The notes beneath the pieces are model-generated. The model searched no databases, was not told the DNA's origin, and saw only the letters and a list, made by a program, of their open reading frames with translations. This document shows, piece by piece, positions 12,420 to 26,900 of a stretch of DNA of 64,000 nucleotides. How positions within the stretch are numbered: the first letter of the stretch is position 1; each line of letters begins with the position of its first letter. The stretch spans positions 33,530 to 97,529 of the forward strand of contig NIVC01001969.1 of the NCBI GenBank assembly GCA_002269645.1, written 5' to 3'. The DNA comes from Macrostomum lignano. Lineage: Eukaryota. A program made the translations under genes and the position numbers.

Positions 12420-15400
12420 GATTAATTATGTTTTAGACTATCTATTTTCACAATATAATGGGGCTTAATGCCTTTGAATACTGTCTTTTTTGCATGAATT
12501 CTTTTGACCTATATCCTGAATCTGCTATATTATATATTGATTTCAACTATCAATATAAATAAAAAATGAATCAATGGTAGCCTAAAAAAGTGAAAAAAGG
12601 ATTGTATATCAAAATGATCTCTAGCAGCACTTTTACACTCATATGCATATGATATAATATATTTTACATATGTAAAAAACAATGCTTTATAATTTTTTTG
12701 AACTATTTTTTTGAACTATCTTGTTTGTTTATTTTTTAATCAGTAATACGTTTTGCTTCAGTTTCTACCATTACTATATTTCCTTATAATCTTTGGTGAT
12801 TGGTTGATCAATTTTGCAATATATTTGCCTTGGCTGCCTTGTTGCCTAGGAAGACTAGCTAGGTAGGCTATGTATTAGTAAACACAGAAACAATAAACTA
12901 TTAATATTTAAAAGCATAATAAGAACATAATCCTATTCCTTGAAATCATAGGAAAAACTAGGATTTCAATATTGTCTAACTATAAATTTTTTTTATCATA
13001 TTTAACTTTTATATATGCTTATATTATAAACATAATTTAATCTTATTCAATCTTATCTATTTAGACTTAAGCTGCAATAGAGATAATATTGGATATCATG
13101 AAAGTCATAAAAGGATAGTACCATATAATTTAGTATATTGTGATTTATCCCAAGAATAAAAGTAGAACCAATTAAAATACCTGCTTTTTATATATTATTG
13201 AGATATATGAAATTATTTGAAATTAAAAAGCTATATCTGTTTATTAGTTCAAAAGATACTGAAATACATGTAACAAATATTAGAATATATAGATTTGCAC
13301 TATTAAAATAAAAAATACTAATGACAATAGTTGTAGATTGACAACATAAAAACAAAGAGCTTTTACAATTGGTATCACAAAAGTTCCTAGAATGTTTGAT
13401 CTGGCTTCTTGGTCCCTTTGACTACTTTTGATGTATTAGTATCAAATTAAAGATATTTTTTAACTAAGAAGCTTGTAATTTGATTTTTTTCTATTTGGTT
13501 CTGGCTATGAGTTATATACTAAATTTGAAAGAATGAAGTTGTAATAATGGAGATACACTAGCAAATTCAAAGGAAAGAAGGAAATGTCTATCACAATATA
13601 CTAAGTCTCTAAGGTTTGTCTGCCAATTAACTACGGCAAAACTATTAGACTTTAAAGCCTATTATATTAAACTTTGGCAAAAGTGAGCAAATTTTGGTAA
13701 CATGGTTATCCAAAAGGCAAACTACAATAAAAAACAAGAAAAGCAAGAAAAAACATAAAACCATCATTGTTACTGCTTTAGAGATTGTGATCAATATTGT
13801 TATACACATTTTTTTGTGCATAGTATGCATATCTTCTTAAATCTTGAAATTGTACCCTAAAATTCAAAAAGTAGATGCAGTTTAGGTGCAGTCTCATAAG
13901 CTTTTTTTTCTTTGAAGCTTCATTTGCACTATAGTCATGCTTGGTGCATATACCTGAACAAAAATTGAATAATTATAAATGCATACTTAAAAATTTAGTA
14001 TATGCTCACATTATAAAATCTATGTTAATATTGCAACAATAAATGATTTTTTGCCTTGCAACAATACCTTTTTAATATTATATAAAAATATTTTTTGGTA
14101 GATAATTTGGTTGCTTTTTTATCTTTCTTGCCTATACTATTTTTTGTAGATAATAGATATGCATTAAAATGTTTAAATGCTATATTATGAGCTTAAAAAC
14201 AAAAAAAACTTGAAATTTACACCTAAAAATGAACTTTTGGAAATGATTTTTTTCATTTACAAGTAACATTAACTCTTTTACATGATTCTATCAAGAGCAT
14301 ATTAGGTGTGCATGCATACTATTTTTTTAGGAATCTTGCATGCCAACTGTGTATACCAACTTTTGGCATGTAAGGCCAATGCATGCCCAACTTTTTGGGC
14401 ATTTATTATATGATCCAGAGTGTGGCATTTGCACTACCAAATAAGAAAAAAGAGAAATTGCAATTTAAGCCTTAAAATTGCACCTTGAAATTAGGCATAG
14501 AGTGCAAGTTTCTATATTGTATTGGGCAGAAAATAACTTAAGTTATATAAACATTTAAAGGCATATCTATAATTGCAATAATAGGCTTAGGTTGGGTTGA
14601 TCTTGATCCTATGGCTAGGCCTAGGCCTATAACCTACTAATATGGACATGGAGCTTCTAAGATTTTCTTATTTAAGGCTAATCAAATAGAGGCACTTATA
14701 ATTAATAATTATATTAGAATTAAAAACTAGGCTTAAAAAGCAGAAAATTTTTTGTTAGGGTCTATTGTTTTTTGGGTGTATGAGTAAGACTGCCACACAC
14801 CAATACTGCCATAGCTATTACTGGCTACTGTGTATTGGTCATGAATGGGAAACTACCAATCTTCTATCAAACATTGCTATTCCTCTTATAGGTTCCTCTC
14901 TTGCAGCCTTGTCTTACTGACTCTCCTATCTACTCATCTCTTCTTTAGCACCATTTAATAACACATTGAGCCAAATCCTTCCCCTAGCTCCTCAAGTGTG
15001 GCAGCCTTTGTATGTGATGGTCTTGGTCCAACACCATTTTTTGCTATGAAAAATTAGGCCTACCTACTACGATTTGATATTCATTATTTAATTTATTTAA
15101 ATTTTAAGACTAAATATGTATACTTATTACTTAGCATATTCAAATTTCAAATACTAGAATCTAAATAATTGGAGTAAATACATAGAAAATCGACTTAGAC
15201 AGGGCTTACTTATGTTATATCTATTCTATCTATTATCAATCAATACCATCATCAATGATATTGAACATAAAAGCCAGAGCTTCGGTTTGGTACTACTAGA
15301 ACATGAATAATTTCATAAAAATGTTGTTCAAAAGTCTGAATTAATTTATGAAACAAAATGGTGACACCATGCACACACACGCACTTGAGTCCTGCCAGAA

Positions 15401-18400
15401 TCGGGTAGGCTTATCTGGTGTATCCTGCCATAGCGGCTAGGCCTATACCCTATACATTACGTACCCTTTGTCGTCGTTAAAATTACCGAAACTGTTATGT
15501 TTAAAAAATCTAACAGCAATTTAAACAAATTATAATTTTTAAGTTGCCGAAACTGTAAGATTTTTTTTATATTTTACCGTTTTTGTTCTAACAAATAACA
15601 AAAAAGCAATATTAATGTTAAGTTTTGTCACCTAAAATAGGTATTGTATTTAAGCAATACATTTTCATAGAACTACTCACAAACCGGTTTAAACAAGAAA
15701 TCCTCGTTAGAAATAACTTTTTTCGTCAGCATTGGCTAACTATATTGTTAGGCACCCGGCCTGTTATAGCCTACGCGTGCCTGTGTACAGTGTGTACCCA
15801 TTTATATGATTTTTACACTAAAAGCGTTTTTTTATTTACTTAATTACTCATTTAATAGTTGCCTTTCCTCCAGCTGCAGGCTCCAGTAGACTTAGTGCAG
15901 TATATTCACATAATTCACTGTATACATCGTAAACAAGCATGATATTGATAAGAAAAAAGTATTTAAAAACAGACATAAATTGTATTTTTAATTCCTTATG
16001 ATTTCTTTGTTTAGAATATTCAGAATTTTTAATTCTAGTAAACTGCCATCATCCTAAAACATAATCTTAAAGATAAAAAATAGGCTAGAATAGATACATT
16101 AGCAAAGAAAAACCTATAGGGTTTCTAGATTTCCTTACATGATATGAGAGGAAAACTGGGTCTAGTCTACTTGCAGTGGGGAACCAATCAAAAAGGTGAT
16201 AGTTTAAAGGGCAATAGTCAAAAGGGTAACAATCATAACAATTACAAGTCCACGGCACATGTATTAGAATGTCTAAATGTATATTTGTTAAAATGAATTT
16301 TGTTAAAAATGTACAACACAAGTAGTTAAAATGTATATCTTAGATTTTTATAATTGGATGTATTGGCATACATATGGCATTCCATAACTATATACATATA
16401 TACTAATCCACCAAGGACTAGGCTGTAGGCCCTACTCAGGTATCAATATTGAAACACAGGAAACTCCATTTCTTAGAAAATTTTATAAAGCAGTTTCCAA
16501 AAAATGTATAGTGGACATAGCATGTTTTCATTTTTAGCATAGAAAGTTATTATTTAATTGCTTTTAGTCTAGACTCAATAAGTCAATGTTCATCCCATAG
16601 TCAGCCTTAGGAAGATGGCATTTTACTTGGAAAATTCCGGCGTACACAAGGAAATTTTGGGCCAATTTTGGCATACATGGCGTACCACGGTTTAGAGAAA
16701 GTACCCCATGGCATGCAATGGCGTGCCACTACACACAATTGTACACTGCACCAACATGGGCATAGCGCCCTGCCTACCTACAATATCTTAAATCCTGATG
16801 TGTAAAATTTATTTTAAAAAAACTGTTTTTTAAAACTGAAAAGGAAAGAAAAATGTTTTTTCTGATGCTAATTTTCTTTTGTTAAAGTCATTGAAATTTC
16901 AACATAAATGAAAACTTTGTTAAAGTTTGACTTTTATAGAGATGTTCCAAAATTTTAATTTCAATTTCAATTTTCCAAAATTTTGATTTTTTTTAAAGCA
17001 AATTTCAATTTCAAAAAATGAGTAGTAAATCAAAAGTTGAAAAGTGAGTATTCGTTGTACTAAACTTTGTTTTTTCTGAATTTTGATTTTGGAAAATTTT
17101 GATTTCAAATTTGATTTTGGATAATAGCAAATTTCAATTTCAATTTCTAATCCTTCACATGCATTGCTACCTCCCCCTCCCCTCCCCATTGGCAGCATAC
17201 TACTGGGCATACATGCACAACCTCCAAAATCCAGTAACAGTTGGCCATGCGACTTAGTTTTAACAAACAATGTGATGTAGTTTTTGGCAAAAAAATCAAC
17301 TTACATGTAAAAAAACCTGAAGCAAAATTAACGCAACTTTGGGTAAATGGCAGGAGTAACTATGACTGTCTTATTAGGTCAAAATGCCTCATCAGCTACT
17401 TAGTACTACTACTTTGGTATTTTTGGGTGGGCATTTTTGCAACTTCCTTGATTGGCTGCCAAATTGGTTGGCCGGATTGGCTGACTTGGCCGACTGTTGT
17501 GCATGTATGCCACTAGGTTCTGATCTTGGCATACATGGCATACCACTTTTTTATTCCAGAATAAAAAATGTGCCATGAACCTGACTATGGTGTTCATCTC
17601 TTGATAGGTTCTACATTTCTTATAGTTATAGGTCTATTTATATTCATAAAGCTTTTCAGTAGGTAGTAAGGAATCATAAAATAGATTGCAAATTCATACT
17701 ACTATTACTTGTAAATTTTAAAAGTTAACAAATATGCATCTATAATATATATAAGTCTAAACCTAGTTTTAACTAAGCTGGCTAGGCCCTATTCATTTAT
17801 TTTAATAAATATATTTTAAGAACATTGAACTCTAATGTGAACTTGTAATTGTAATAAATACATTATGATTATTGTCCTTTTGACTGCTGCTCTTTTGATT
17901 ATTACCTTTTTGATCTATTGCCCATTTGACCTATAGGCTATAGCCCTTTCAGTGCAGCTAGGAAAAAAGAGACCTGAAAGTTTAATAGGGTCTAGTTTTT
18001 CATTAAATAAAATAGGGAATACAAAATTTCAAGTTTTGTCAATCCTAGTATTCTTGGGATTGGGATATCTTGGACTTTGCAAATCCTAAAGGCTAAGATC
18101 TTGGCAAATTAGGTCAGCATCCCAGGATTAAAAAAATTTCTTACAATTGTTGGTGCAATTTTGATTTACAAGGCCAACTAATCTGATTCTAAAGGGCTTT
18201 AATAATAAAATACATGTAATAATAGATTAGAGTAAAATATTTTGCAAACAAAAAACTGACTGTGAGCTTTAGATTAGAATGTGGTACATAGGCTCGTGTA
18301 ATAGACATACTTTTTTACATGCCAGTATCATTATTAGCTCAGAAAAATCCCAATTCATTGTGATATAACCTAGGCCCTAGGGGATAATAGCTTACAAAGC

Positions 18401-20300
18401 TATGGCCCAAGAAATCAATACCAGGATAGAAGGGGATCAGATTCAGACCTTGCCCTCAAATAGAAAATTGATAGCTATGGTTGTAGTCTGATAGCAAGGT
18501 CCCACTGTTCTAATCCCAATTGTATATATATCCAATGAGTTTTAAAGATAGATACTCATGTTTAAAATAATTCTATCATTACCCCTATGCTGCATGCTAG
18601 GGCAACTGGGCATCTAAAGGGTGTTCGAACAGTGCTAAGAATGAGATCTTTTGCATATAGGGGCTTTTGATCTATGTAAGGTTGAGACCTTTTGATTTTA
18701 GCATTGCCGATAGCAGATGCACAGCCAATGGCACATGCACAGCCGATGGCAGAAGTGTGTGCAGCGCAGTGGTGACTATGTGGAGAAGCCTCAGGACAAT
18801 GTTGATAATTAACTTTTGACTGTTCTTTCATCAACTTTAATGTTGCCTGGGTTTTTTTTCGTCCATAACTTGGGCACAATTTTGCACCCTGTGCTAGATT
18901 TCAAGGTGCAATTTTCAAGACCAGGATGCGCTACACTGCTACAGACAAAAACTGGTCTAATACTAATGTGTTTCAAAGTTTCTGTCCATCCAAACCATCC
19001 AATGATGATCCAAATTCCAAATGCTTAACTTAATTGTTTGATCTCCTTATAATTCTCCCCTTAGCCTTAGCTCAGCAGCTCAGCTCACTTAGCTGTCAGC
19101 TCAATAGCAATTAGAAACGCAGCATTGCACTAATCTGGTCTGGTGTCTTGTGACCTTACCTTCATCTTGTCCAGGTCTAGTTGACTGGCTAATTCTAAGA
19201 ATACAAAGTTACAGACTTAAGACATCCATAACATTAAATTGTAAAATCTGCATCACATCCTTGCAAAAAATTCTGGTGTGCTTTTCACACCTTGAGTCAA
19301 ATTTCAGGGTGCAATTTTTAAGACTAGGATGCTATTCACACCCATTCGCACAAAAAAACCCAGCATGTTGCAGATGTTTTATTGATTCATTTAAATGTTT
19401 CATTGTTTTGTACATCAGGTACAAAGCTTTCGTCTATGGCAATTTGTAGAAGTAGCACAGGGGTTGGGGCAGAAAAGTGCTCATATTTCAAGAATGCCAG
19501 CAGATACAGAAATAAATAGAAAGTCATTTTAATGGGCAGATAATTCTTTTATTAGCTGCAACAAAAATATTTCTGATTGGTCAGAAAAGGCTGTAGTAAA
19601 GAAAGTGCACCAACTTTTGGGACACCCTTGTATTTTGTTAAACTAGCATATTTCTATAATTTTGAAAAATATGTTTTTCAGTTGTGAGGTAGGGGTGGAT
19701 TAGATTTCTTGGTTATGGGTGGGATTGTCCGGTGTTTGCTTGATTTAATGTCGAGTATAAGTGGCTCAGGCCTTTGAATCGGCGCTATTGTTAATTTGCA
19801 CAGATTAAATCCAGAAAATTTGTGTGAACAAATCTCAATTGAAATGTCTCGTAGATACTCCGACTGCTGGGGTCCTTAATCCCAGGGGGAGGGTAGTTTA
19901 GTCGTAGCAGAGCAGTCTTCGTTGGCACAAGTGTTCAGAATGTGGCCTCAGACCAAAAGCTTAACATATCTCATATGCTTGACCTGTTACTAACAGTAGA
20001 GTAGTGCTGCCACCACCATAATTTGCATATTACGGAATGTTGAAGTCTCAGAGCTTGCTTCAAGATGAGACTGGGTTATTTCAGTTGAGACTGGGCTTCA
20101 GATTATTTAACAAAATTAGTGGCAGATTAACTGTTTTATTAGAGCTTATGAGCAGTAAGATAATAATTTGCTCAGTCAGCAGAATAGATTGGTGATCATG
20201 CGAAATTAGCTAAGAGTATTAAAATAATAGATGTTGACCAAGCCTACTCTGGCAGATTGATTTGGCTGGGGCTGCAGTGCACTACAATATAGCTAAATGA
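12420..20300. other. AT-rich, strongly CpG-depleted non-coding domain with a CpG-retaining patch at ~15230-15950
   Basis: A manual scan found about 3 CG dinucleotides in 12421-15180 while GC, TG and CA are common. Many CGs occur in 15230-15950. Confidence 0.75.
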
Positions 20301-20587
20301 ACTAAGGAAATAAACACTTGTTGTAATAAATTAGGCGGAATTAAATATTAATAGTTAAATTGAATGGGGTCAAACACTCGGGGGCAAAAGGTGGTCACGG
20401 GGACCAAGCAAAGAACAGAAACCTTAACACGGAAAACATAGGGAGTCAAACAAAGTTACCAAAAAAGGGACGCAAAAGGCCAGAGAAAGGTGTGGGAAAA
20501 CCATCATAAGAATGGGGAAAAATGATGAAATATACCAACAACTGGGGACACAAGGTAGACTCACAGGGCCAAAAACTGGGGACAGCA

Positions 20588-20692
20588 GAGAATGGTCACA
20601 GGGTTGTTTAATAAGCATCAAAAAATAATTTTAAATTTCAAAATTTAGAGAAAATGTTTAATTAACTGTTAGTGGCAGCCCCAACTGCCATA
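20588..20692 (-). mobile_element. LTR-like direct repeat, copy 1 (putative start of the 3' LTR)
   Basis: About 100 bp nearly identical to 23205-23306; contains hairpin tggcag-ccccaa-ctgcca. Confidence 0.55.
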
Positions 20693-20740
20693 GTCTCGGG
20701 GGAGCCGCACCTTTTTCAAAAGCTTCGGACCTCCCGGTCC

Positions 20741-21430
20741 TCATTGGAAATGTCCTCGCATGGCAATGGCGCGGCCGTGATTGGCTGGCCAGGTGCCGTG
20801 GGGCAGGCCACCATTTGCGGCGGCCGAGTTGGCAGTCGGCGGGGCCAAGTCTGGTGGAGTGCTGGTTGAGGCCAAGGTCAGTGGGGCTGGGCGCAACAGC
20901 CAGCCTACAAGCTGAACTTGGCCATCGACATACTGCAGACGCTCAGGGCATTTGGCCATGGCCATGTCCCAAAAGACACGAAGGCAAAGAATCCACCTGT
21001 TGGCAAGATGGCCCACCTCCCAATAGGCGATGGCGAGAAAAAAGGCCAGGGCTGGACGCTGGGTTCCTCCGCGCTGTAGTAAACAGATTTTGGCTTGGCG
21101 CAGTTGCTCATCAAGCAGGTTGTGGGTGTGCTCGGGCCGCATCAGCTTCAGTAGAAGGCGCCAGGGTGCATCGCTGAATTCGCCCTCACCAGGACGCCAG
21201 TCTCCGGGCTTCATCTAGTTCTTCCTTTAGCTGCAGATGGATGGGGGCCACACTGGTCAATGTGGCAGATAGAGTCTGCAGCTCCTTGGTTTCGCCTCTG
21301 CGGAGCCAGGGTACTCGTACGGATGGGAGTTTGGGTGGCAGAGTCGGGTGGCTAGCTGCTCCCAAGTTGGCATTGTTGTACATGGCAATAATAGATATGC
21401 AGTTGACAGTTGGCAGTGATGATGAATAAA
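20741..21430 (-). pseudogene. GC-rich decayed ORF-like island of unknown function between the integrase and the LTR-like repeat
   Basis: Coding-like GC content within AT-rich flanks. ORF 20741..21214 (157 aa) is extended upstream by stop-interrupted frames; no family recognised. Confidence 0.35.
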
Positions 21431-22274
21431 CAGTCAATAATAGGCAAATAGGGATTAATATTTATAATAATATTTATTAAATTAATATTTATTTATAATA
21501 ATAGATATTTATAAACAGGGAACTTGCAATTTATAGCAAATGAAAATAGCTTAATTAGAAAATGTTGCACGGAGGCAGAGTCAAAGTTAACCAATTTAAG
21601 GCTCAAATAAAAATTAAATGCCTCCTTAAATATTTTTCAACAGGCCAGGTTTTGGCCAGCAGGGCCAGAAGCTGGGTAATAACAGATATACCACCCCCCG
21701 CCGCGCACTCCAATTGAGGTTACGCAGAGAGACTGGGGGGGGGGGGTAGGAGGAGGAGCCATAAAATTGGTAAACCACGAGATTAGGGTGTGGTGCCACC
21801 TTGTCTAAAAAATCTTAGGCTGGGCTTTGGATCGATGAAAATGAGAAGGCCCCAATTGGGCTCATAAGAATGGGGGTCGTTTGTGAAACTATAGAATTGC
21901 AAACACAAGTTTTAGAATTACACAAATGGCGGCAAAAGAACAAAATCTAGGTGCCTAACCAAAATTTATATAGAAATAGCAGAAAAACAGATAATAACTA
22001 GAAGGCATGCAGGTCTCCCTAAGGAGCTATACAAACAGAGGGGAGGAAAAGGGCACTGGGAAGATTTTTCCCAGGCTCGGCTCAATCTGAACAGAGAATG
22101 GGAGCTTTGATTCACCTCAGGTGCCCCCCCCCCACCGGGGACATGGCCTTGAACAAAGAGGGCCTGACCCGGGTGCGGAAAGACAGAGAGTTAAACCGAC
22201 TGGTTGAAAATTACCTTTGGTTTTGAATATGGAGCTGAGAAGGCTTTACAAAGAAATTGGAAATTGATACGCGA

Positions 22275-23200
22275 TTATGTTACAGAGATGAGCAAAACTT
22301 TCAGCACTTGGGTGTGTGCGGAGAAATTACAGCTAAATTTCGCATAACACCAAGGATAATTACCTTGAATTTCAACCTCCATTCCAATGTCTGGCAGGTC
22401 CGGATCGTGTTCTTCTAGCACTTCGGGATGGCGCAAGCTCGGTTCAAAGAGTTGGCTGCCTCGCGGATCAGGCTGAGCTGCAGCCTGCGGTTCCGGCGCG
22501 GGCTGATCAGCAGAATCCGATTCGCTTTCCTCGCTGGACTTGTAGGGCAACATCGGCCGCTCAGTCTGTTGCGGCGGCTCCTGCGGTCGTTCAGCCATTG
22601 TTTGCAGCACTTTGATAATATTGTTCCGGTGTACAAGCACTTCAGCTGGGTGACCTCGTCGTGTGGTGGCAGGTCTGATCCAGTAAGCAACTTCGCCGAC
22701 TTTCTTAACAACCTTATACATGCTCTTAAATGGCTGGTGGAACTTGGGCAGTTCTCCCAATTCGAGCTTCGGGTTGGCCAGGCAGACCAGATCTCCAGGC
22801 TGCAGTTCCACAGGCTTTGGCCGGTTCTCATAGTACTCTTCTCGACGTTGGATCTCTGCTCTCAGTCGCTGGCGCACAATACGCTCGGTCTCGGCCAGTC
22901 TGCGCTGATGCTTGGCAATGTACTCTGGAAGGTCAGCCGATACATCCAGGCGGTCTAGGGTGTTGTCGATGGGGTATCGATATGGCACTCCATAGACTAC
23001 ATAGTGCGGCGAGAATCCAGTAGTACAATTGATAGCGGATCTTAGTGCAGTCAAAGTGGCTGGCAGCATCTTGTCCCACTGTTGATGATCTTCTAGGAGA
23101 CAGGCGAGCACCTTCTTAATATTCTTATTGCACGATTCTGCTTGTCCGTTTGCCCAGGGCGAGTATGGCGGCGTCGTTGTCTGCCTGATGCAGTGGACAG
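22275..23200 (-). mobile_element. Ty3/Gypsy-type integrase C-terminal fragment (internally deleted LTR retrotransposon)
   Basis: TTPYSPWANGQAESCNKNIKKVLACLLEDHQQWDKMLPATLTALRSAINCTTGFSPHYVVYG matches the rve core end. It is followed by a GPF/Y-like region (KFHQPFKSMYKVVKKVGEVAYWI...VHRNNI). No RT or RNase H is present. Confidence 0.88.
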
Positions 23201-23204
23201 CGAA

Positions 23205-23306
23205 TAATGGTCACGGGGTGGTTTAATAAGCATCAAAAATAATTTTAAATTTAAAAATTTAGAGAAAAAGTTTCCTTAACTGTTAGTGGCAGCCCCAACT
23301 GCCACA
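23205..23306 (-). mobile_element. LTR-like direct repeat, copy 2 (putative truncated 5' LTR starting TGTGGCAG)
   Basis: Match to 20588-20692; fused directly to the integrase fragment. Confidence 0.55.
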
Positions 23307-23927
23307 GTTGCATTTGCTATATGCCTATAACTATATTATATATAAGGCTACATTTAGAATATGTGCTAAGAAGACTTAGTTAAGTTAAGTAACAATGACA
23401 GCCAACAACAATGGTACATATAGTTTTGATCAAAAGAATAAAATGTGACAGTATCTGTTTGTTATAGCTCTAAACAAGTAAGTTTCACCTATATTTCAGT
23501 TTATAATCCCCCTATAATTTTCCATTTTAGTGATCATGGCTTGTTCAAAATAAACAAAAAATGGTAAATTAGACTTTTTTGTTTTACTAGAAAAACTAAA
23601 TGGAATGGCTAACCTATAGTTTCTCCCATGGCATCTGGCAATGACAAAGATCCTATGAATCAATTATTTACAAATTAAGGATTCATCAATAAATCATCAT
23701 GTGTGTCTTAATTTAAATATCAGATTTTTTAATAACTATTTTGTTACAATAAATTGGCATTCAATGTAAAATTAATAGATTAATAGATTAATATTTTTTT
23801 CAGGCTAAGGCATGCCCAAGCTATTGTCTGAGACTAAAAGTAAGCTAATTTTATTTAAATAGAAAATGAACTGCTTTTTGGCTAAGCAGTGTTAAAAATT
23901 GTGGAAAAGCTGGATCTCAAAAACAAA

Positions 23928-26900
23928 ATGTCATTGGATTTCTACAATATCAGTGTTCGCTATGCACTGTCTTGCTGTGCTGCAGCAATTGCTGAAACAG
24001 GTTGGTGCATCTTTTTAACTGCTTCTTTTACTTGATTTTCCAATTTTTTTGCTGACATTTAGAAAGTTTAGTGTTTCATTCTCATTGATATTTGATGGGG
24101 TAGTTCACTGAAATTAAATGGGGTAGTTACTGAAATTCAATGGGGTAGTTCACTGAAATTCAATGGGATAGTTCACTGAAATTCAGTAGGATAGTTCACT
24201 GAAATTCAATAGGGTAGTTCACTGAAATTCAATGGGATAGTTCACTGAAATTCAATAGGATAGTTAACTGAAATTCAATAGGATAGTTCACTGAAATTCA
24301 ATGGGATAGTTCACTGAAATTCAATGGGATAGTTCACTGAAATTCAATGGGATAGTTCACTGAAATTCAATGGAGTAGTTCACTGAAATTCAATGGGATA
24401 GTTCACTACAAACCCAAGCCTAGTAAGTATCCATCCGCACTCTACTCAATCTGCCCATCAGCCACCTACCCGCTGGACCTGACGAAGACTCGGCTGCAGA
24501 TCACCAATGAGCAACTGCTAGCAGGCAGTGGCTCCGGCAAGACTACGGGAGCGTCTCCATTGATGGCCTCGTCTGCTGGTCAGAAGCGGGTTGGCATGCT
24601 GCGTACAGCATATAATATTGCCACAGAGGAGGGTGAGTCTCAGAGATATGATGTGTCATAAATTTTACGTCTCTTAACAGTATTTTATTTATTTATTTAT
24701 GATGTGTGACTGACTGAAACTTCTATATGAATATCATATCATGATTTATGAATATCGTGATTTATGAGTATCAAAATTTATGACTATCATGATTTATGAC
24801 TATCATGATTTATGACCATCATGATTTATGAATGTCGTGATTTATGAATGTCGTGATTTATGAATGTCGTGATTTATGAATGTCTCGATTTATGAATATC
24901 ATGATTTATGACTCATGATTTATGAATATCATGATTTATGACTATTATGATTTGTGGGTGTCATGGCTTATGATTATCATGATTTATGAATGTCGCGATT
25001 TATGAATGTCGTGATTTATGAATGTCGTGATTTATGAATATCATGATTTATGACTCATGATTTATGACTATCGTGATTTATAAATATAATGATTTTTGAG
25101 TATCATGATTTATTAATATCGTGATTTATGAATATCATGATTTATTAATATCGTGATTTATGAATATCATGATTTATGACTATTATGATTTGTGGGTGTC
25201 ATGGCTTATGATTATCATGATTTATGATTATCATGATTTATGACTATCATGATTTATGAGTATCATGATTTATGAAAATCATGCTCGCCCATCGCCCCCA
25301 CAGGTCCCACCCAGCTGTTTCGCGGCTTGTGCCCGGCAGTGGCCCGTCACTTTGTGTACACCGGCTGTCGCACAGCGTTCTACGAGGCCACCAGGGAGAA
25401 CGTGCTGGGCCGGGATCGGGACGGTCGCTACGCGGCTTGGAAATCCGCGGTTGGTGGCCTCGCTGCGGGCGGCCTGGCGCAGTTCTTTGCCTCGCCTGCG
25501 GATTTGGTCAAAGTTAGTGAGGGGGTGACGCTTTGTTTTGGCAGATCACTAGTGAGAAAATAACTCAGAAACCGGTCCTGGAGTCATGTTACAAATTCGT
25601 ATCGCACTTTTAGACACATCATGTAGAAGTTCAAATCAGTTTCCTAATCAGGAGCTGAATCTGGGCCGCCTGGATAAGAGCCTGGAATCAATTAAACAAA
25701 GAATCAAACAAAAAAAAACATCAAAGAATCAATCCAACAAGCAAACAAGCAATCAATCAAACAATCAATCAATCAAACAAATAAACAACCGATGAAATAA
25801 ACAAACAAAAAAATAAACAAACCATCAAACAAACAATCAATCAAACAAATAAATAAATAAACAATCAGTCGATCATCAATTAATTAATCAAACAAACAAT
25901 CAATCAATCAAGAAATCATTTAATCAAACAATCAATCAACCAAACAAACAATAAACAAACCATAAAACAAACAAACAATCAAACAAACAAATGAACAAAC
26001 AAACCATAAAACAAACAAACAATCAAACAAACAAATGAACAAACAAACCATAAAACAAACAAACAATCAAACAAACAAATAAACAAACAAACCATCAAAC
26101 AATCAAACAAACTAACAATCAAACAATCAATCAAACAAACAAACCACCAAACAGTCAATCAAACGATCAATCAAACAATCGATCAAAAGAAACAAACAAA
26201 CAAACAAACCATCAAACAATTGAACAATCAGGCAATCAGGTAATGAAGCAATTAATCAATTAATCCATTAAGTAAATATTCAATCAACGTATATTAGTAC
26301 TTTCCTATCAACCAAGCAATAAATCAATCCACCTATCGCACACAGATGAATGTTCACGAATCCCCCAATCCCTTTATAAACGCAGGTTGCCATGCAGACT
26401 GAGGGCCGCAGGCGGTTGCTAGGCCAGCCGGCTCGCTACCACAGCGGCCGGGACGCTCTCAGGCAGCTGGTACGCAGCGGCGGCCTGCTTGGCCTGTGGA
26501 AGGGCTGGCTGCCAAACGTGCAGCGCGCCTGCCTGGTGAACATGGCCGACATGATGGCCTACGACCAGAGCAAGAGGGCCCTCCTGCGACACACTGGAAT
26601 GCCCGACTCCATGCTGCTGCACGCCTGCGCTTCTGTCTGCTCAGGTGAGCACAATTCTTAATCTCTGGTGATGAGGAGAGCAGAGCAGCTCAGCGGTAGT
26701 CCGTCACGACCCCTGGTTTGATTCTGTGCAAAAACACTCATTCGACAGTTAGCTTGAAGTACTACTTAGATGACGAAGCATTTAGCCTAGGCATTTAGTA
26801 ATAGTTACTCCTGCCGTTTACCCATAAACATAGGTAAAAACACGCTTTTACTACCGAGGGGCTCTGCAACCAACTATAAATACCAAGCAATATTCTCATT

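Noticed and set aside
20741-21214. Possible upstream ZMIZ exon
   Set aside because: No resemblance to the ZMIZ N-terminal domain; it lies between LTR-like repeats and contains stop-interrupted frames.
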